Origin: an uncultured Candidatus Peribacteria bacterium
GTDB lineage: Bacteria > Patescibacteriota > Gracilibacteria > Peribacterales > Peribacteraceae
NCBI GenBank assembly: GCA_964601225.1
Contig: CAZRMM010000006.1
Coordinates: forward strand, 20,240 to 84,239
Reading direction: 5' to 3'
DNA length: 64,000 nucleotides
Shown here: piece by piece, positions 1 to 8,359 of the stretch
How the letters are laid out: each line of letters starts with the position of its first letter
Position numbering within the stretch: position 1 is the first letter of the stretch
Made by a program: the position numbers and the translations under genes
Notes under the pieces: model-generated
What the model was told of the DNA's origin: nothing
Databases searched by the model: none
Seen by the model: only the letters and a program-made list of their open reading frames with translations

Positions 1-731
1 GAACGCATCATGCGATGCATTTCGAACTGGAAGAACCCGGATGAATCGGCCTGTTCGCGCTTTCCGTTCGTCCCACGCCGCGTATTGCCTCTGCCGTCGA
101 CATCAATGGTTTCATCATCCTCGTTTTGCCGTCCGTCCGTATCATGCGCATCATTGCCATTTCTCGAACCGTTTCGCCCATGGAATCCGTTCCTACTTTT
201 TGCCTTGCCATTGCCATTGTGATGATAGCTTTCTGCACGGGCATACTCCTCACTCCGCTGCTCCTCGGTCTTGATGCGCGGCGCGATGCGGTCCAGATAA
301 TACTGTGATGCGCGCCCCGTAACCGCGGCTTTTTCGCGCTCGAGATACGATGCGAATTTTTCCGGATCGACATCTCCGATGCCGGCCGTTTTTTTCACCC
401 GTTCGCGCGTCTCTCCCATCATCGATCCGAACAATTCGTCACGACGCGGACGTTCGTGGTATTCGCGTGCGACCGTCTCGGCAAAGCCTTTCCAGATGGA
501 CGAAGCATCATGGGCGCGCAAGGCACCGAGATACAAACCCGCCGCATTATCGGCAATGCCTTGGTACGCGGCTGTCTCTCCGGCCCCGGCCTGTGTCCAG
601 AGCTGCTTTCGATTGCCCGAAGCCCTCGACGCGCGGAGGGCGCAGTACCGTGCCCACGCCAACTCCCCAAAGGCCCCGATGAGGGGCGATTGGGGTTCCT
701 GTTCCCGGTGGGGGGGAGGAGTATCTGGCAT
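1..731 (-). CDS. hypothetical protein, N-terminal 243 codons only (ORF runs off the left edge)
   Basis: Manual minus-strand translation from ATG 731..729 stays open to position 3 (MPDTPPPHREQEPQSPLIGAFGELAW...GFFQFEMHRMMR). It is absent from the ORF track because it has no in-window stop. It is co-directional with, and 58 nt downstream of, 790..2544. The start codon is uncertain and no family is recognised. Confidence 0.4.
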   Translation of the reverse strand, partial: MPDTPPPHREQEPQSPLIGAFGELAWARYCALRASRASGNRKQLWTQAGAGETAAYQGIADNAAGLYLGALRAHDASSIWKGFAETVAREYHERPRRDELFGSMMGETRERVKKTAGIGDVDPEKFASYLEREKAAVTGRASQYYLDRIAPRIKTEEQRSEEYARAESYHHNGNGKAKSRNGFHGRNGSRNGNDAHDTDGRQNEDDETIDVDGRGNTRRGTNGKREQADSSGFFQFEMHRMMR

Positions 732-789
732 AGGGTATCGATATTCGATGGTACGTTTTTTCGCGGGTTCTGGCGAGGATTTTCCGGAC

Positions 790-2544
790 TTACTTCTGTT
801 CGGCCTCGGCGACAACGCGATCAATGGCCTCGACAGAGACTCCGAACTCCTGAGCACAATCCCGGCGGGCTTCGTCCTTTTCAGCTTCTGCCGCAAGAGA
901 GACGTACGAACGAATGTTGACCTTGTCTTCCTCGGAGAGCCCGGCAACTTCGGCTTCGATGGCAGCCTGTGCGTCAACGGCCTCCGCAGGAGCCTCGGCC
1001 TCGTCAATGAGCTCAACCTCATCGCTGGCCCCGTCAACAATTTCCGGAATTTCCTCTGAAATACCGTCTGTCTTCGGAGCTTCGATGAGCGCCTTCACCT
1101 CGCCCTTCGTCTCGTCGGTGACATTTGCGGGAGTCTTGGCCGGAGTCGGCGTAACGACGATTTTGGCATCGGGAGACAGTGCGGCAAGAAGCGCAACGAC
1201 TTGTTCGTGCCGAACTACTTTCATCGGCCTCTCCGTGGTACGCACTTTCTGCAATTTCACATCACCCACTTTCTCACCGAGAAGACACGCCTCGTTAACG
1301 GGAAGTCCGAGCTTCGTCGCGCCCTCGCCCAGAAGAACAACGCCGGGACCGGAAAGACCCTGGATTTCGATCGGGAAATCCTCCTCTCCGACACGGACCG
1401 TACCTGTTACCTTGGAGGCCGACGTCAGCTCTTCGAACATTCTCCGCATGTTGTTCATATGGAAAACGCTGACCGTTTTGGCCTTCCCAGCCATTTCATC
1501 AATACGGGTCTTTTCCGTCGGCGTCACCTGCTGCGGGTTGTACGAATACGGAACATCATCGTCAAACGTCATTTCGACACGCGCAATGTCTGCGCCGCGT
1601 TTCGTTCCGTTCTTATCGATGGCCTTTTCCATATACTTCGAAGGACTGATCTTGAAGAGCTCAAGTTCGTCGGATCCCTCTTTCAGAAGCGTGCCGAGAG
1701 CTCCGCGTAACGACAGATCGGTAAGATCCGTCGTCTTCTGGCAAAGACCACGAAGCGTGTTTACGAGAATGGCCACTGCGATGTTCTTTTGAACCGTCTG
1801 CATTTTCCCCTCGGCGTATTGCATGAATTCCGTAGCCATCCGAGTAAGGAAAGTTTGAATGTGCGCATCGGCTTCCCCATTGAGGTAGGGGGAATGGAGA
1901 AAATTAAAGAGATCTTCTCCGAAAACCTTCTCCTCGAGAAAACCCTTGAACACCGGACCGAAGTCCTCGTCGTCTCCGAGCTCATCTTTCACGATCTCGG
2001 CGGCGGCGTACCGGCTCAGACTGCCCTTAAGCGCTTGCTCAAGAGCCTGTGACGCCTCGGGGATCCTGCCGATCAGTTCCGTGAAAAACCGCTCAACCGT
2101 GTCGAGGTCCTCAACGTTGATCTGCAACTTATACGCACCTGCCTCGGCTTCGGTCATATTCGCACGACGGGCAACCTTCTCCTGAATCCGCTGTGCCGCC
2201 GCGATAGCACGCTTGACGTTTTTCACGTTCTTCACGCGTCCGACAGCGGTGTCCTTCAAATCGGAAAGATACCCGACGAGCGACATTGCACCGTTCGATG
2301 CAATAAACCTCTGAAGTCGCGGCGTAATGCTTTCTCCCGGCTTCACCGTATCGAGCTTCATGCCGGTATTTCCCTCGAACTCATCAAGCTTTCCGACCGT
2401 TTTTTCACGCTGACCCTGGGCGAACACGGAAATACTCTCATTCGCCGCAGTGTTTTTCTGATCGGCAACTTCGGATCGAAGAACGAGACTTCCGGGGGTG
2501 ACCGACGTGTCATCCTTCTTCGTAAGGTCCGCGTCTTTCGTCAT
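790..2544 (-). CDS. hypothetical protein (584 aa, acidic Ala/Glu-rich C-terminus)
   Basis: Long ORF with balanced protein-like composition. The overlapping plus-strand ORFs (914..1792, 1201..1710) are Ser/Arg-rich shadows. It has its own promoter in the AT-rich gap upstream. No family recognised. Confidence 0.7.
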   Translation of the reverse strand: MTKDADLTKKDDTSVTPGSLVLRSEVADQKNTAANESISVFAQGQREKTVGKLDEFEGNTGMKLDTVKPGESITPRLQRFIASNGAMSLVGYLSDLKDTAVGRVKNVKNVKRAIAAAQRIQEKVARRANMTEAEAGAYKLQINVEDLDTVERFFTELIGRIPEASQALEQALKGSLSRYAAAEIVKDELGDDEDFGPVFKGFLEEKVFGEDLFNFLHSPYLNGEADAHIQTFLTRMATEFMQYAEGKMQTVQKNIAVAILVNTLRGLCQKTTDLTDLSLRGALGTLLKEGSDELELFKISPSKYMEKAIDKNGTKRGADIARVEMTFDDDVPYSYNPQQVTPTEKTRIDEMAGKAKTVSVFHMNNMRRMFEELTSASKVTGTVRVGEEDFPIEIQGLSGPGVVLLGEGATKLGLPVNEACLLGEKVGDVKLQKVRTTERPMKVVRHEQVVALLAALSPDAKIVVTPTPAKTPANVTDETKGEVKALIEAPKTDGISEEIPEIVDGASDEVELIDEAEAPAEAVDAQAAIEAEVAGLSEEDKVNIRSYVSLAAEAEKDEARRDCAQEFGVSVEAIDRVVAEAEQK

Positions 2545-2567
2545 GGGGGAGAGGGGGAATTGAGAGA

Positions 2568-2595
2568 ATTATAAACTAATTAATTATTTTGTCCA
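2568..2595 (-). promoter_or_regulatory. sigma70-like promoter TGGACA-16nt-TATAAT
   Basis: On the minus strand, TGGACA is at 2595..2590 and TATAAT at 2573..2568, 23 nt upstream of ATG 2544. It lies inside the only AT-rich stretch of this cluster. An AAGAATTT/AAATTCTT palindrome sits at 2652..2669. Confidence 0.55.
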
Positions 2596-2736
2596 GTACC
2601 ATTATGCAATGATGCTGTTACACATTTTCGAGAGAATCAACCGCATAGTGCAAGAATTTTTAAATTCTTGAAAAGGAAGCCAAAATGTCCCCTCATCAAC
2701 CTAGATGCTTATTGAACAAATTTTTTGCTCAAAAGG

Positions 2737-3282
2737 TCAGGCTGCCATGGAGGCCTGGTTTTCGGCAGAACCGGAGCCGATTTTTCCCTTCTTCTGTGCC
2801 GGAACCGTATTCGAGAGAAGGGCCCGCGCAGCATCGATCCCCTCCTGATCCACCGTTTCGCGCTGGGTGGTTTCATCCGCCTTGTCGCCTTCGCGGTCCG
2901 CCTGTTCGAACAGTTCCTGGATGGGATAGAGGGCACGCTGCGCCTCGGCAAGATCGCTGATCTGCTGCTTGGCAACCTCTTGTACTTCGTCCCATGCGCG
3001 CGCTTGAAGAGTGGGATCGTCGTTCACTTTTTTCAGTTCCTGGGCGATGTACACGTTCTCCTTTTCCAGTGCCTCGCGCTTGGTTTTCTGACGGACGTGG
3101 TCCTCGCCGAAGAGCTTCTGGAGCATGCTGCGGCGCTCTGGCGAAATGCCCACCGTGCTCATCTCGCCGCGAATCATCTTGTATTCCTTTGCGGAGAGAT
3201 TCCCCTGTTTCACGAGCCTCTCAAGATTGCGAGCGATAAAATCCTCGTTGGTGGCCGACGGTGTTTCGGGACGGTACGTCAT
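2737..3282 (-). CDS. hypothetical charged coiled-coil protein (181 aa)
   Basis: The track ORF 2737..3564 has an Arg/His-rich first 94 codons that overlap the upstream gene. The internal ATG at 3282 forms an ATGA overlap with the stop of 3279..4589 (tcat at 3279..3282). The remainder, MTYRPETPSATNEDFIARNLERLVKQG..., is protein-like. Confidence 0.6.
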   Translation of the reverse strand: MTYRPETPSATNEDFIARNLERLVKQGNLSAKEYKMIRGEMSTVGISPERRSMLQKLFGEDHVRQKTKREALEKENVYIAQELKKVNDDPTLQARAWDEVQEVAKQQISDLAEAQRALYPIQELFEQADREGDKADETTQRETVDQEGIDAARALLSNTVPAQKKGKIGSGSAENQASMAA

Positions 3283-4589
3283 GCGGCTTGGGAGTAGAGG
3301 GCTTCGGAAGAGGGATTGCGGAGGAAGGTGTCCTTGTTGCCGTGCTCGAACGTGCGCGTGACGATCGTGCCGTCCGGATCCACCGTGGAGCATTGCGCGT
3401 TCTCGCTGATGGCAACGAGCGCCGCTTCGTCGGATTCGCCTTGTTTCTGGAAAATCATGCTGCGCCCGCTCTTGCCCATGCCGACGTAGAAAGCGGCGAA
3501 ACGCTTGCCGGAGATCTGCAGCAGAATGGGTTGCACGGGAGGATTCTTGAAGAGCCTCTGGCAACGCTTTTCGATGGGCAGAGCGTCGTCCACCTCGGAC
3601 TGGAGTCCGAGCACAAGCTGAAGATCGGTGATCTGCATGCGTTCGGCCGCGGAGACCAATGTCTGACGGATCTCGATGGGCCTGGCCTTTTCTTTGAGAA
3701 GCGCGACCATCGTCTGGCGATTACCCCTGAGAAAATCGCGCGTCGCCGCCGTGATTTCCTTGGGACTGACTTTGGCGTCACTGAGAGCTTTCTGTGCGAG
3801 ACCGTACCACTGGCGCGCCGACGAGAAGTTCTGAGGCAACTGCTTTTCCTGGGCTAGTTCCGCATCGATCTGCACCCGCAAATCCGCGGCGGCCTTCGTG
3901 AATTGATCGCGCTGCTTGAGTTCCTCCGGGCGGATCCATTCATGCCGGGCACCGAAGTACGCTTCGAGCGCGGCGGATTCGCTCTCGGCGCGCGCCGTCT
4001 CTTCGCGTTCCACTTGGTTCAGCGCCGAAAGATCCTCGAGAACCTGTTTTTTGTACTGCAAGAGCAAAATTCGGTTTTCGGCCCGTTCGCGGCGCCAGAG
4101 GAGCACGCGTCGTGTCTTGTCCAAATCGCGGCCGCCCTGGCGAATGCGGCGCAGCGCCTCTTCCTCGATCGCGCGGTTGAAACGGGCCTCGTACGTCACC
4201 GCGGGAAGGCTGTGGCGGGGAAAGGGCTTCGCGGCGATGGCCAAGATGCCACCGATGATTGGCGTTGCCATCACGACGTCGCGAACGGCTTTCGCGGAAA
4301 ACGTCAGCGGGCTTGTAATGAACCGTGCGAGCCGGCGTGCCGCCTGTACGGGCATGGTATCGATGTATCCGCGCGGCATCGCTTCGAGCTTGTTCAAAAG
4401 CTGCTTCGTGTGCCCCTCGAGCGCCTCCGACGGATCGCCCTCCCCGACTTTCATCGCGTTTTTTAGGTCGCTCTCCGCCACAGTCTCCGATTTCGTCGGT
4501 TTATCCACCTTGAAGCCAAGAAGTCGGCGCTCCCGTACAAAGCCGAAGGACGATGAGGAGTATTTGTTCAAATCCGAGTATTGTAGCAT
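3279..4589 (-). CDS. hypothetical protein (436 aa), one hydrophobic segment plus a long helical charged region
   Basis: Long ORF with one hydrophobic stretch (VVMATPIIGGILAIAA). It is the first gene of the co-directional cluster 4589->1. Antisense ORFs 3261..3857 and 3916..4602 are Arg-rich shadows. Confidence 0.7.
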   Translation of the reverse strand: MLQYSDLNKYSSSSFGFVRERRLLGFKVDKPTKSETVAESDLKNAMKVGEGDPSEALEGHTKQLLNKLEAMPRGYIDTMPVQAARRLARFITSPLTFSAKAVRDVVMATPIIGGILAIAAKPFPRHSLPAVTYEARFNRAIEEEALRRIRQGGRDLDKTRRVLLWRRERAENRILLLQYKKQVLEDLSALNQVEREETARAESESAALEAYFGARHEWIRPEELKQRDQFTKAAADLRVQIDAELAQEKQLPQNFSSARQWYGLAQKALSDAKVSPKEITAATRDFLRGNRQTMVALLKEKARPIEIRQTLVSAAERMQITDLQLVLGLQSEVDDALPIEKRCQRLFKNPPVQPILLQISGKRFAAFYVGMGKSGRSMIFQKQGESDEAALVAISENAQCSTVDPDGTIVTRTFEHGNKDTFLRNPSSEALYSQAA

Positions 4590-4610
4590 TTTTTTGGCTT
4601 AGAGACAATT

Positions 4611-4671
4611 CCTCGTCAGGCTCGGAATGACAGTAGAAAAACCTTGGTTTGTCACGCCGAGCCTGACGAGG
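4611..4671. repeat. palindromic element (perfect 15-bp arms)
   Basis: CCTCGTCAGGCTCGG (4611..4625) pairs with CCGAGCCTGACGAGG (4657..4671), with an inner TGACA/TGTCA pair. The right arm encodes the last residues (ASSGSA) of the GIY-YIG ORF. The core resembles the CGTCAGGCTCAGGGTGACAG elements at 44.82 and 44.95 kb. Confidence 0.7.
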
Positions 4672-5032
4672 CGCACAGCGAAAGAAAGCGGAAAACTCGA
4701 CGTCGAGTGTTTTTTGAAATCGGATAAAGATACGCGTTGTTCGATGTATGACTTAGACGCGAGAGATCACTAATACGCCCTTCGCTTAAAGCTTTTTTCT
4801 TCGCATGACTCCATTTTTTCAAACGAGTCTCCCAAGCAATGGCGTCGTGCACGTACTGAAAATATGCCGAGTACACCAGAGTCACCGGTCGCCTCTTGTG
4901 CGTATAACTCCGGAGGTCAATTCCCTGCTGATGCTGCAAAACACGAGCAGCTATATCGTTGGTCACCCCCACATAGTACTTCCCATCCGCACAGCGCAGC
5001 ATGTAGACCCAGAAGTGATACGCGCGCCTCAT
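4652..5032 (-). CDS. GIY-YIG family small nuclease (YhbQ/UPF0213-like), 126 aa
   Basis: These are the C-terminal 126 codons of track ORF 4652..5401. The sequence FWVYMLRCADGKYYVGVTNDIAARVLQHQ...HKRRPVTLVY...AIAWETRLKKW fits the GIY..YVG..R..H...E pattern. ATG 5032 overlaps the stop of 5029..8124 (ATGA). Confidence 0.8.
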   Translation of the reverse strand: MRRAYHFWVYMLRCADGKYYVGVTNDIAARVLQHQQGIDLRSYTHKRRPVTLVYSAYFQYVHDAIAWETRLKKWSHAKKKALSEGRISDLSRLSHTSNNAYLYPISKNTRRRVFRFLSLCASSGSA

Positions 5033-8000
5033 ACCCTCCGCGCCAGCGTCACACCCTTCGCCGCGGCGACTCCGGAGAGTGCCCCGGCGAGCATAGCGGC
5101 GAGGACGATCACGAAAACCTGGGAAAGCGAGAGGCTGACGGCAAGCGAGGACGAGCTGAAGACAACGTCTTCCTGAGGACGATCGAAGGCCTGCGGCAGC
5201 AGCGATGCAAAGGACAGTATCGGTTCTTTTTTTGACGCGGTCTTCGCCGACGCCTTCCGCTTCGCGGCCGATGCTTTGGCGACGGATGCCTTTTTCTTTT
5301 TCGTAACAGGCTCGACGCAGCGATTCGGTCCTCCCGGCGTGGGAGCGAGCGTGACGCAGTACGCCTCCTCGGGATCGGCCGGCTCTCGCTCGCCGGTCCA
5401 CGCATACGCGGAACCGGGCGGGAGCTTCGGCAGGCTCACGCGGTCCGCAAGAGAGCCATCGGGCGCCAGGAGTCGCACGATATCGCCGGCGTCATTCAGC
5501 GATAGCTTAGTGACCGACTTCGGGAACACCGCGTATTCCCCCGGTACGAGCGGTAGCGGGCGGGCGATTCGCCACGGTTTGCTGCCGGCACTCTCCTCGT
5601 CGTCGAGTAACCAATTCCGAAGATCAACGGCACCGGTGCCCGTGTTTACGAGCTCGATCCATTCACCGCTTCCCGAAGATGGATGAGACAGCGCCTCGGA
5701 AATGCGAATTCCAGATGTATTTGATAAAAAATTATCCGATTGAGCCCAAATATAAGCCAATAAACCTGATCCACTTTTTTGATCTTTAATCAGCTGATCG
5801 AAAAGCGGATGCACCCAAATTCCACGGTGCGCTTCCCTCGCCGCTGTTTCATACGCCTGGTAATCCGTCTTCCGGTAAAAGGAAAATGCAGTCGTGACCC
5901 ACGCCATCCCCTCCGTCAGAATCGCCTTCTGCACATGTTCACCGGACGAGAGATTCACGTACGCAAGCACCCGACCGTACGGATCTTCTTGATCGTTTGA
6001 ATCAAAATTGAGTTCAACTTCTTTCTCTTCTAAAAGGGCTATTAAGAATTTCTTAGATTGATCTGCCATCGATCGTACAACCGGATTTCGGTCTTTAAGC
6101 TCTGGGGCGTCCACCCCGATGAGACGAACGCGAAGAGACGTCCCTGGGTCGTCGATCGCGTACGCGTCGAACGTATCGCCATCGAGCACTTCGGTCACCC
6201 GTACCCGAAGGCCGTCGGCTCGCTCCGGGCGCACGAGAATCACCTGGCCGGGCTTGGCATCGGACCAGTGTAGGCGAGACTGCGTCTGGCCGGACGAATC
6301 TTGAAGAAGCAAACTCCCGGATGTATTGCGAAGAGTGATATGGAGTTCGACCGCAGTAAGCTTTTTCGCAGTGCCTCCATCGAGAATAAGACGCGGCAAG
6401 AGAACGGTCTTTCCCTCGACCCGAACTGACCACCCGTCGAAGACCTTCCTGCCCGCATCCGTACTGACGATCCCGATCCATTCGCTCTCGGCCGTGTCCT
6501 TGCCCTCGGGATTCGGAAGGGCGCCGGTAAAGACCATATGCGCGCCACGTTCTGCTTCGGATACCGCCGATTCACTTAGAGATGGCCCGGAAAGCGAGGC
6601 GGGGGCCATCGACGAAGAACCCGAACTGGATACTCCGTTCGCCGCAACCTCTTGCGTAAGTTCTACCGTAGTACCACAATAATTCACTATGGACGCTGTC
6701 AAAAAATACCTTCCGGTGTCGACGTATCGATGACTCGGGGGATTGCAAGTGCTGACGACGATACCGTCATCGAAATCGACCGCGCAGGAGACGCCGGCCA
6801 GGGACTGACCCGGCACGGGCAGGATTTGGATATTGATCGAATGCGGCGCGGGCGCGGAATACGAACCCGATTGGAGATCAAGAACATACGCTGGCGCGAC
6901 AATGGCGTTCTCCTGACCGGGACTTGGCACACAGTATGGCTCGCCGATTGCCGACGGCGACCGACGACCGTACGAAACGCCTTCGGGAAGAGATGGGAAG
7001 GTCATCTGGTCGAGAAGGGAGCCAACGGAATCGATCAGCGAAACCGTTCCACCGGCATGACTGAGGGCAGCAGGAATCTTCGCTCGAGACAAAAGCATTC
7101 TGTCACCGGCAAGAAGCAATGTGCCGCTTTCGCCGAGCGGAAGGGTTTTCCCCGACTTGTCGTCGCGAATACGGACGCGATCGAGCGGGACATCGCTCTG
7201 CGCAACAAGCTCAATCCATTGACCGTTATCGTCCCCGATCGGATCGGGGAAGAGCTCACTGATCCAGAGGGATATCGCCATCACTGAAGACGATGATTGA
7301 TCACTTTCTGTACTCGAATTTTCTGTTGAATAGAAGGGCTCCGATGAAAAAAAGCCTGAAGAAGTAATAGAGGATGAAGAGATTGAAAAAGGAAGAGAGG
7401 TTATCGACGAGGAGGCCTCGAAACTGCTTGCCGTGGAAGACGATGCACTGCTTCGGGGAAGATACCCAGGCGTCGCAAGAACAAGCGCATCTGGATCAAG
7501 ACCCTGCGCGGTCGTGGCGACAGTCCAGTTCTCCTTGAGTTCACCGGAAGAGGCGAGATCGATGCGAACCATGCTCGCCTTGGACTCAGGCGCTTTGGCG
7601 TTGTTGCCGCTCATGGGATCGCCGATACCGTCGTCGGCCGTATCGCGCACGTTGCCGTCGGCATCCCACAGACGAAGAAGAAGCTTCGTATTCGGCAAAG
7701 TCATGGACGACGTGACGACCGCGGGATCCTGCAGCAGACGGGACGAGGACGCGGGATACCGTCCCACCACGAGCGCCGAGCCCGAGGCGATCGTGGTGCC
7801 GGTCCCAAAACGGACGACGGAGACTTCAACGCCGGAGGTGTTGAGACTCGTGAGCGTCCAGCCGTCGAGAACGCAGAGCGGGGTGGAACCGGAGCCGGTA
7901 CACGCGATCTCGATCCACTCGTCCGAAGCCGAGAGATCGGACCCCATCCAGAGAACCTCACTGATCACCGCTGCCGCTCCGACATGACGGACGAGGAAGA

Positions 8001-8124
8001 GAGCGACGCAACAGCCGAACAGCGCGGCAAGGCGAAAACGTGAGCGAGAGAATGACATAGAAGACCACGATGACGGACCGTCCATGCCGCCGGGAGCGGA
8101 CAAAACCGAGGCTCTTCGGTTCAT
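5029..8124 (-). CDS. membrane-anchored extracellular nuclease: 4 lamin-tail-like domains + PKD-like + staphylococcal-nuclease domain
   Basis: 1031 aa with an N-terminal hydrophobic signal. Four LTD-like segments are present (ISEVLWMGSDLSASDEWIEI, ISELFPDPIGDDNGQWIELV, ALPNPEGKDTAESEWIGIV, ISEALSHPSSGSGEWIELVN). There is a PKD-like segment (DFDDGIVVSTCNPPSHRYVDTGRYFL) and an SNase core (VTEVLDGDTFDA..RVRLIGVDAPE..DPYGRVLAYV). A Lys-rich stretch and a C-terminal TM helix follow. Confidence 0.85.
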   Translation of the reverse strand: MNRRASVLSAPGGMDGPSSWSSMSFSRSRFRLAALFGCCVALFLVRHVGAAAVISEVLWMGSDLSASDEWIEIACTGSGSTPLCVLDGWTLTSLNTSGVEVSVVRFGTGTTIASGSALVVGRYPASSSRLLQDPAVVTSSMTLPNTKLLLRLWDADGNVRDTADDGIGDPMSGNNAKAPESKASMVRIDLASSGELKENWTVATTAQGLDPDALVLATPGYLPRSSASSSTASSFEASSSITSLPFSISSSSITSSGFFSSEPFYSTENSSTESDQSSSSVMAISLWISELFPDPIGDDNGQWIELVAQSDVPLDRVRIRDDKSGKTLPLGESGTLLLAGDRMLLSRAKIPAALSHAGGTVSLIDSVGSLLDQMTFPSLPEGVSYGRRSPSAIGEPYCVPSPGQENAIVAPAYVLDLQSGSYSAPAPHSINIQILPVPGQSLAGVSCAVDFDDGIVVSTCNPPSHRYVDTGRYFLTASIVNYCGTTVELTQEVAANGVSSSGSSSMAPASLSGPSLSESAVSEAERGAHMVFTGALPNPEGKDTAESEWIGIVSTDAGRKVFDGWSVRVEGKTVLLPRLILDGGTAKKLTAVELHITLRNTSGSLLLQDSSGQTQSRLHWSDAKPGQVILVRPERADGLRVRVTEVLDGDTFDAYAIDDPGTSLRVRLIGVDAPELKDRNPVVRSMADQSKKFLIALLEEKEVELNFDSNDQEDPYGRVLAYVNLSSGEHVQKAILTEGMAWVTTAFSFYRKTDYQAYETAAREAHRGIWVHPLFDQLIKDQKSGSGLLAYIWAQSDNFLSNTSGIRISEALSHPSSGSGEWIELVNTGTGAVDLRNWLLDDEESAGSKPWRIARPLPLVPGEYAVFPKSVTKLSLNDAGDIVRLLAPDGSLADRVSLPKLPPGSAYAWTGEREPADPEEAYCVTLAPTPGGPNRCVEPVTKKKKASVAKASAAKRKASAKTASKKEPILSFASLLPQAFDRPQEDVVFSSSSLAVSLSLSQVFVIVLAAMLAGALSGVAAAKGVTLARRV

Positions 8125-8359
8125 CGGATGTTTTAGGCATTCAGATAAGGAAAATTACGTTCCAAGCTCGCGCGGAACTCCTCTCCTCGACAATCAAAAC
8201 CCCCCGTGTACACTGACGAACGAACTCCCATGCTCTCGCTCCCCTTCCGTCACACCGACTCTTCCCTCGGAACGAACGTTTCCCGAGGTTCACGACAACC
8301 GTTTTTGCGTGTGACGCGTTCCTGAGAGCGTGGGAGGGTACATCTTGCCCCTCACCACC

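Noticed and set aside
8-1059. Track ORFs 8..373 (-), 379..1059 (+), 456..920 (+) and neighbours
   Set aside because: They are short, Arg/Ser/Pro/His-rich and mutually overlapping. A different minus-strand frame is open from 731 to the window edge with better composition, and it fits the operon direction.
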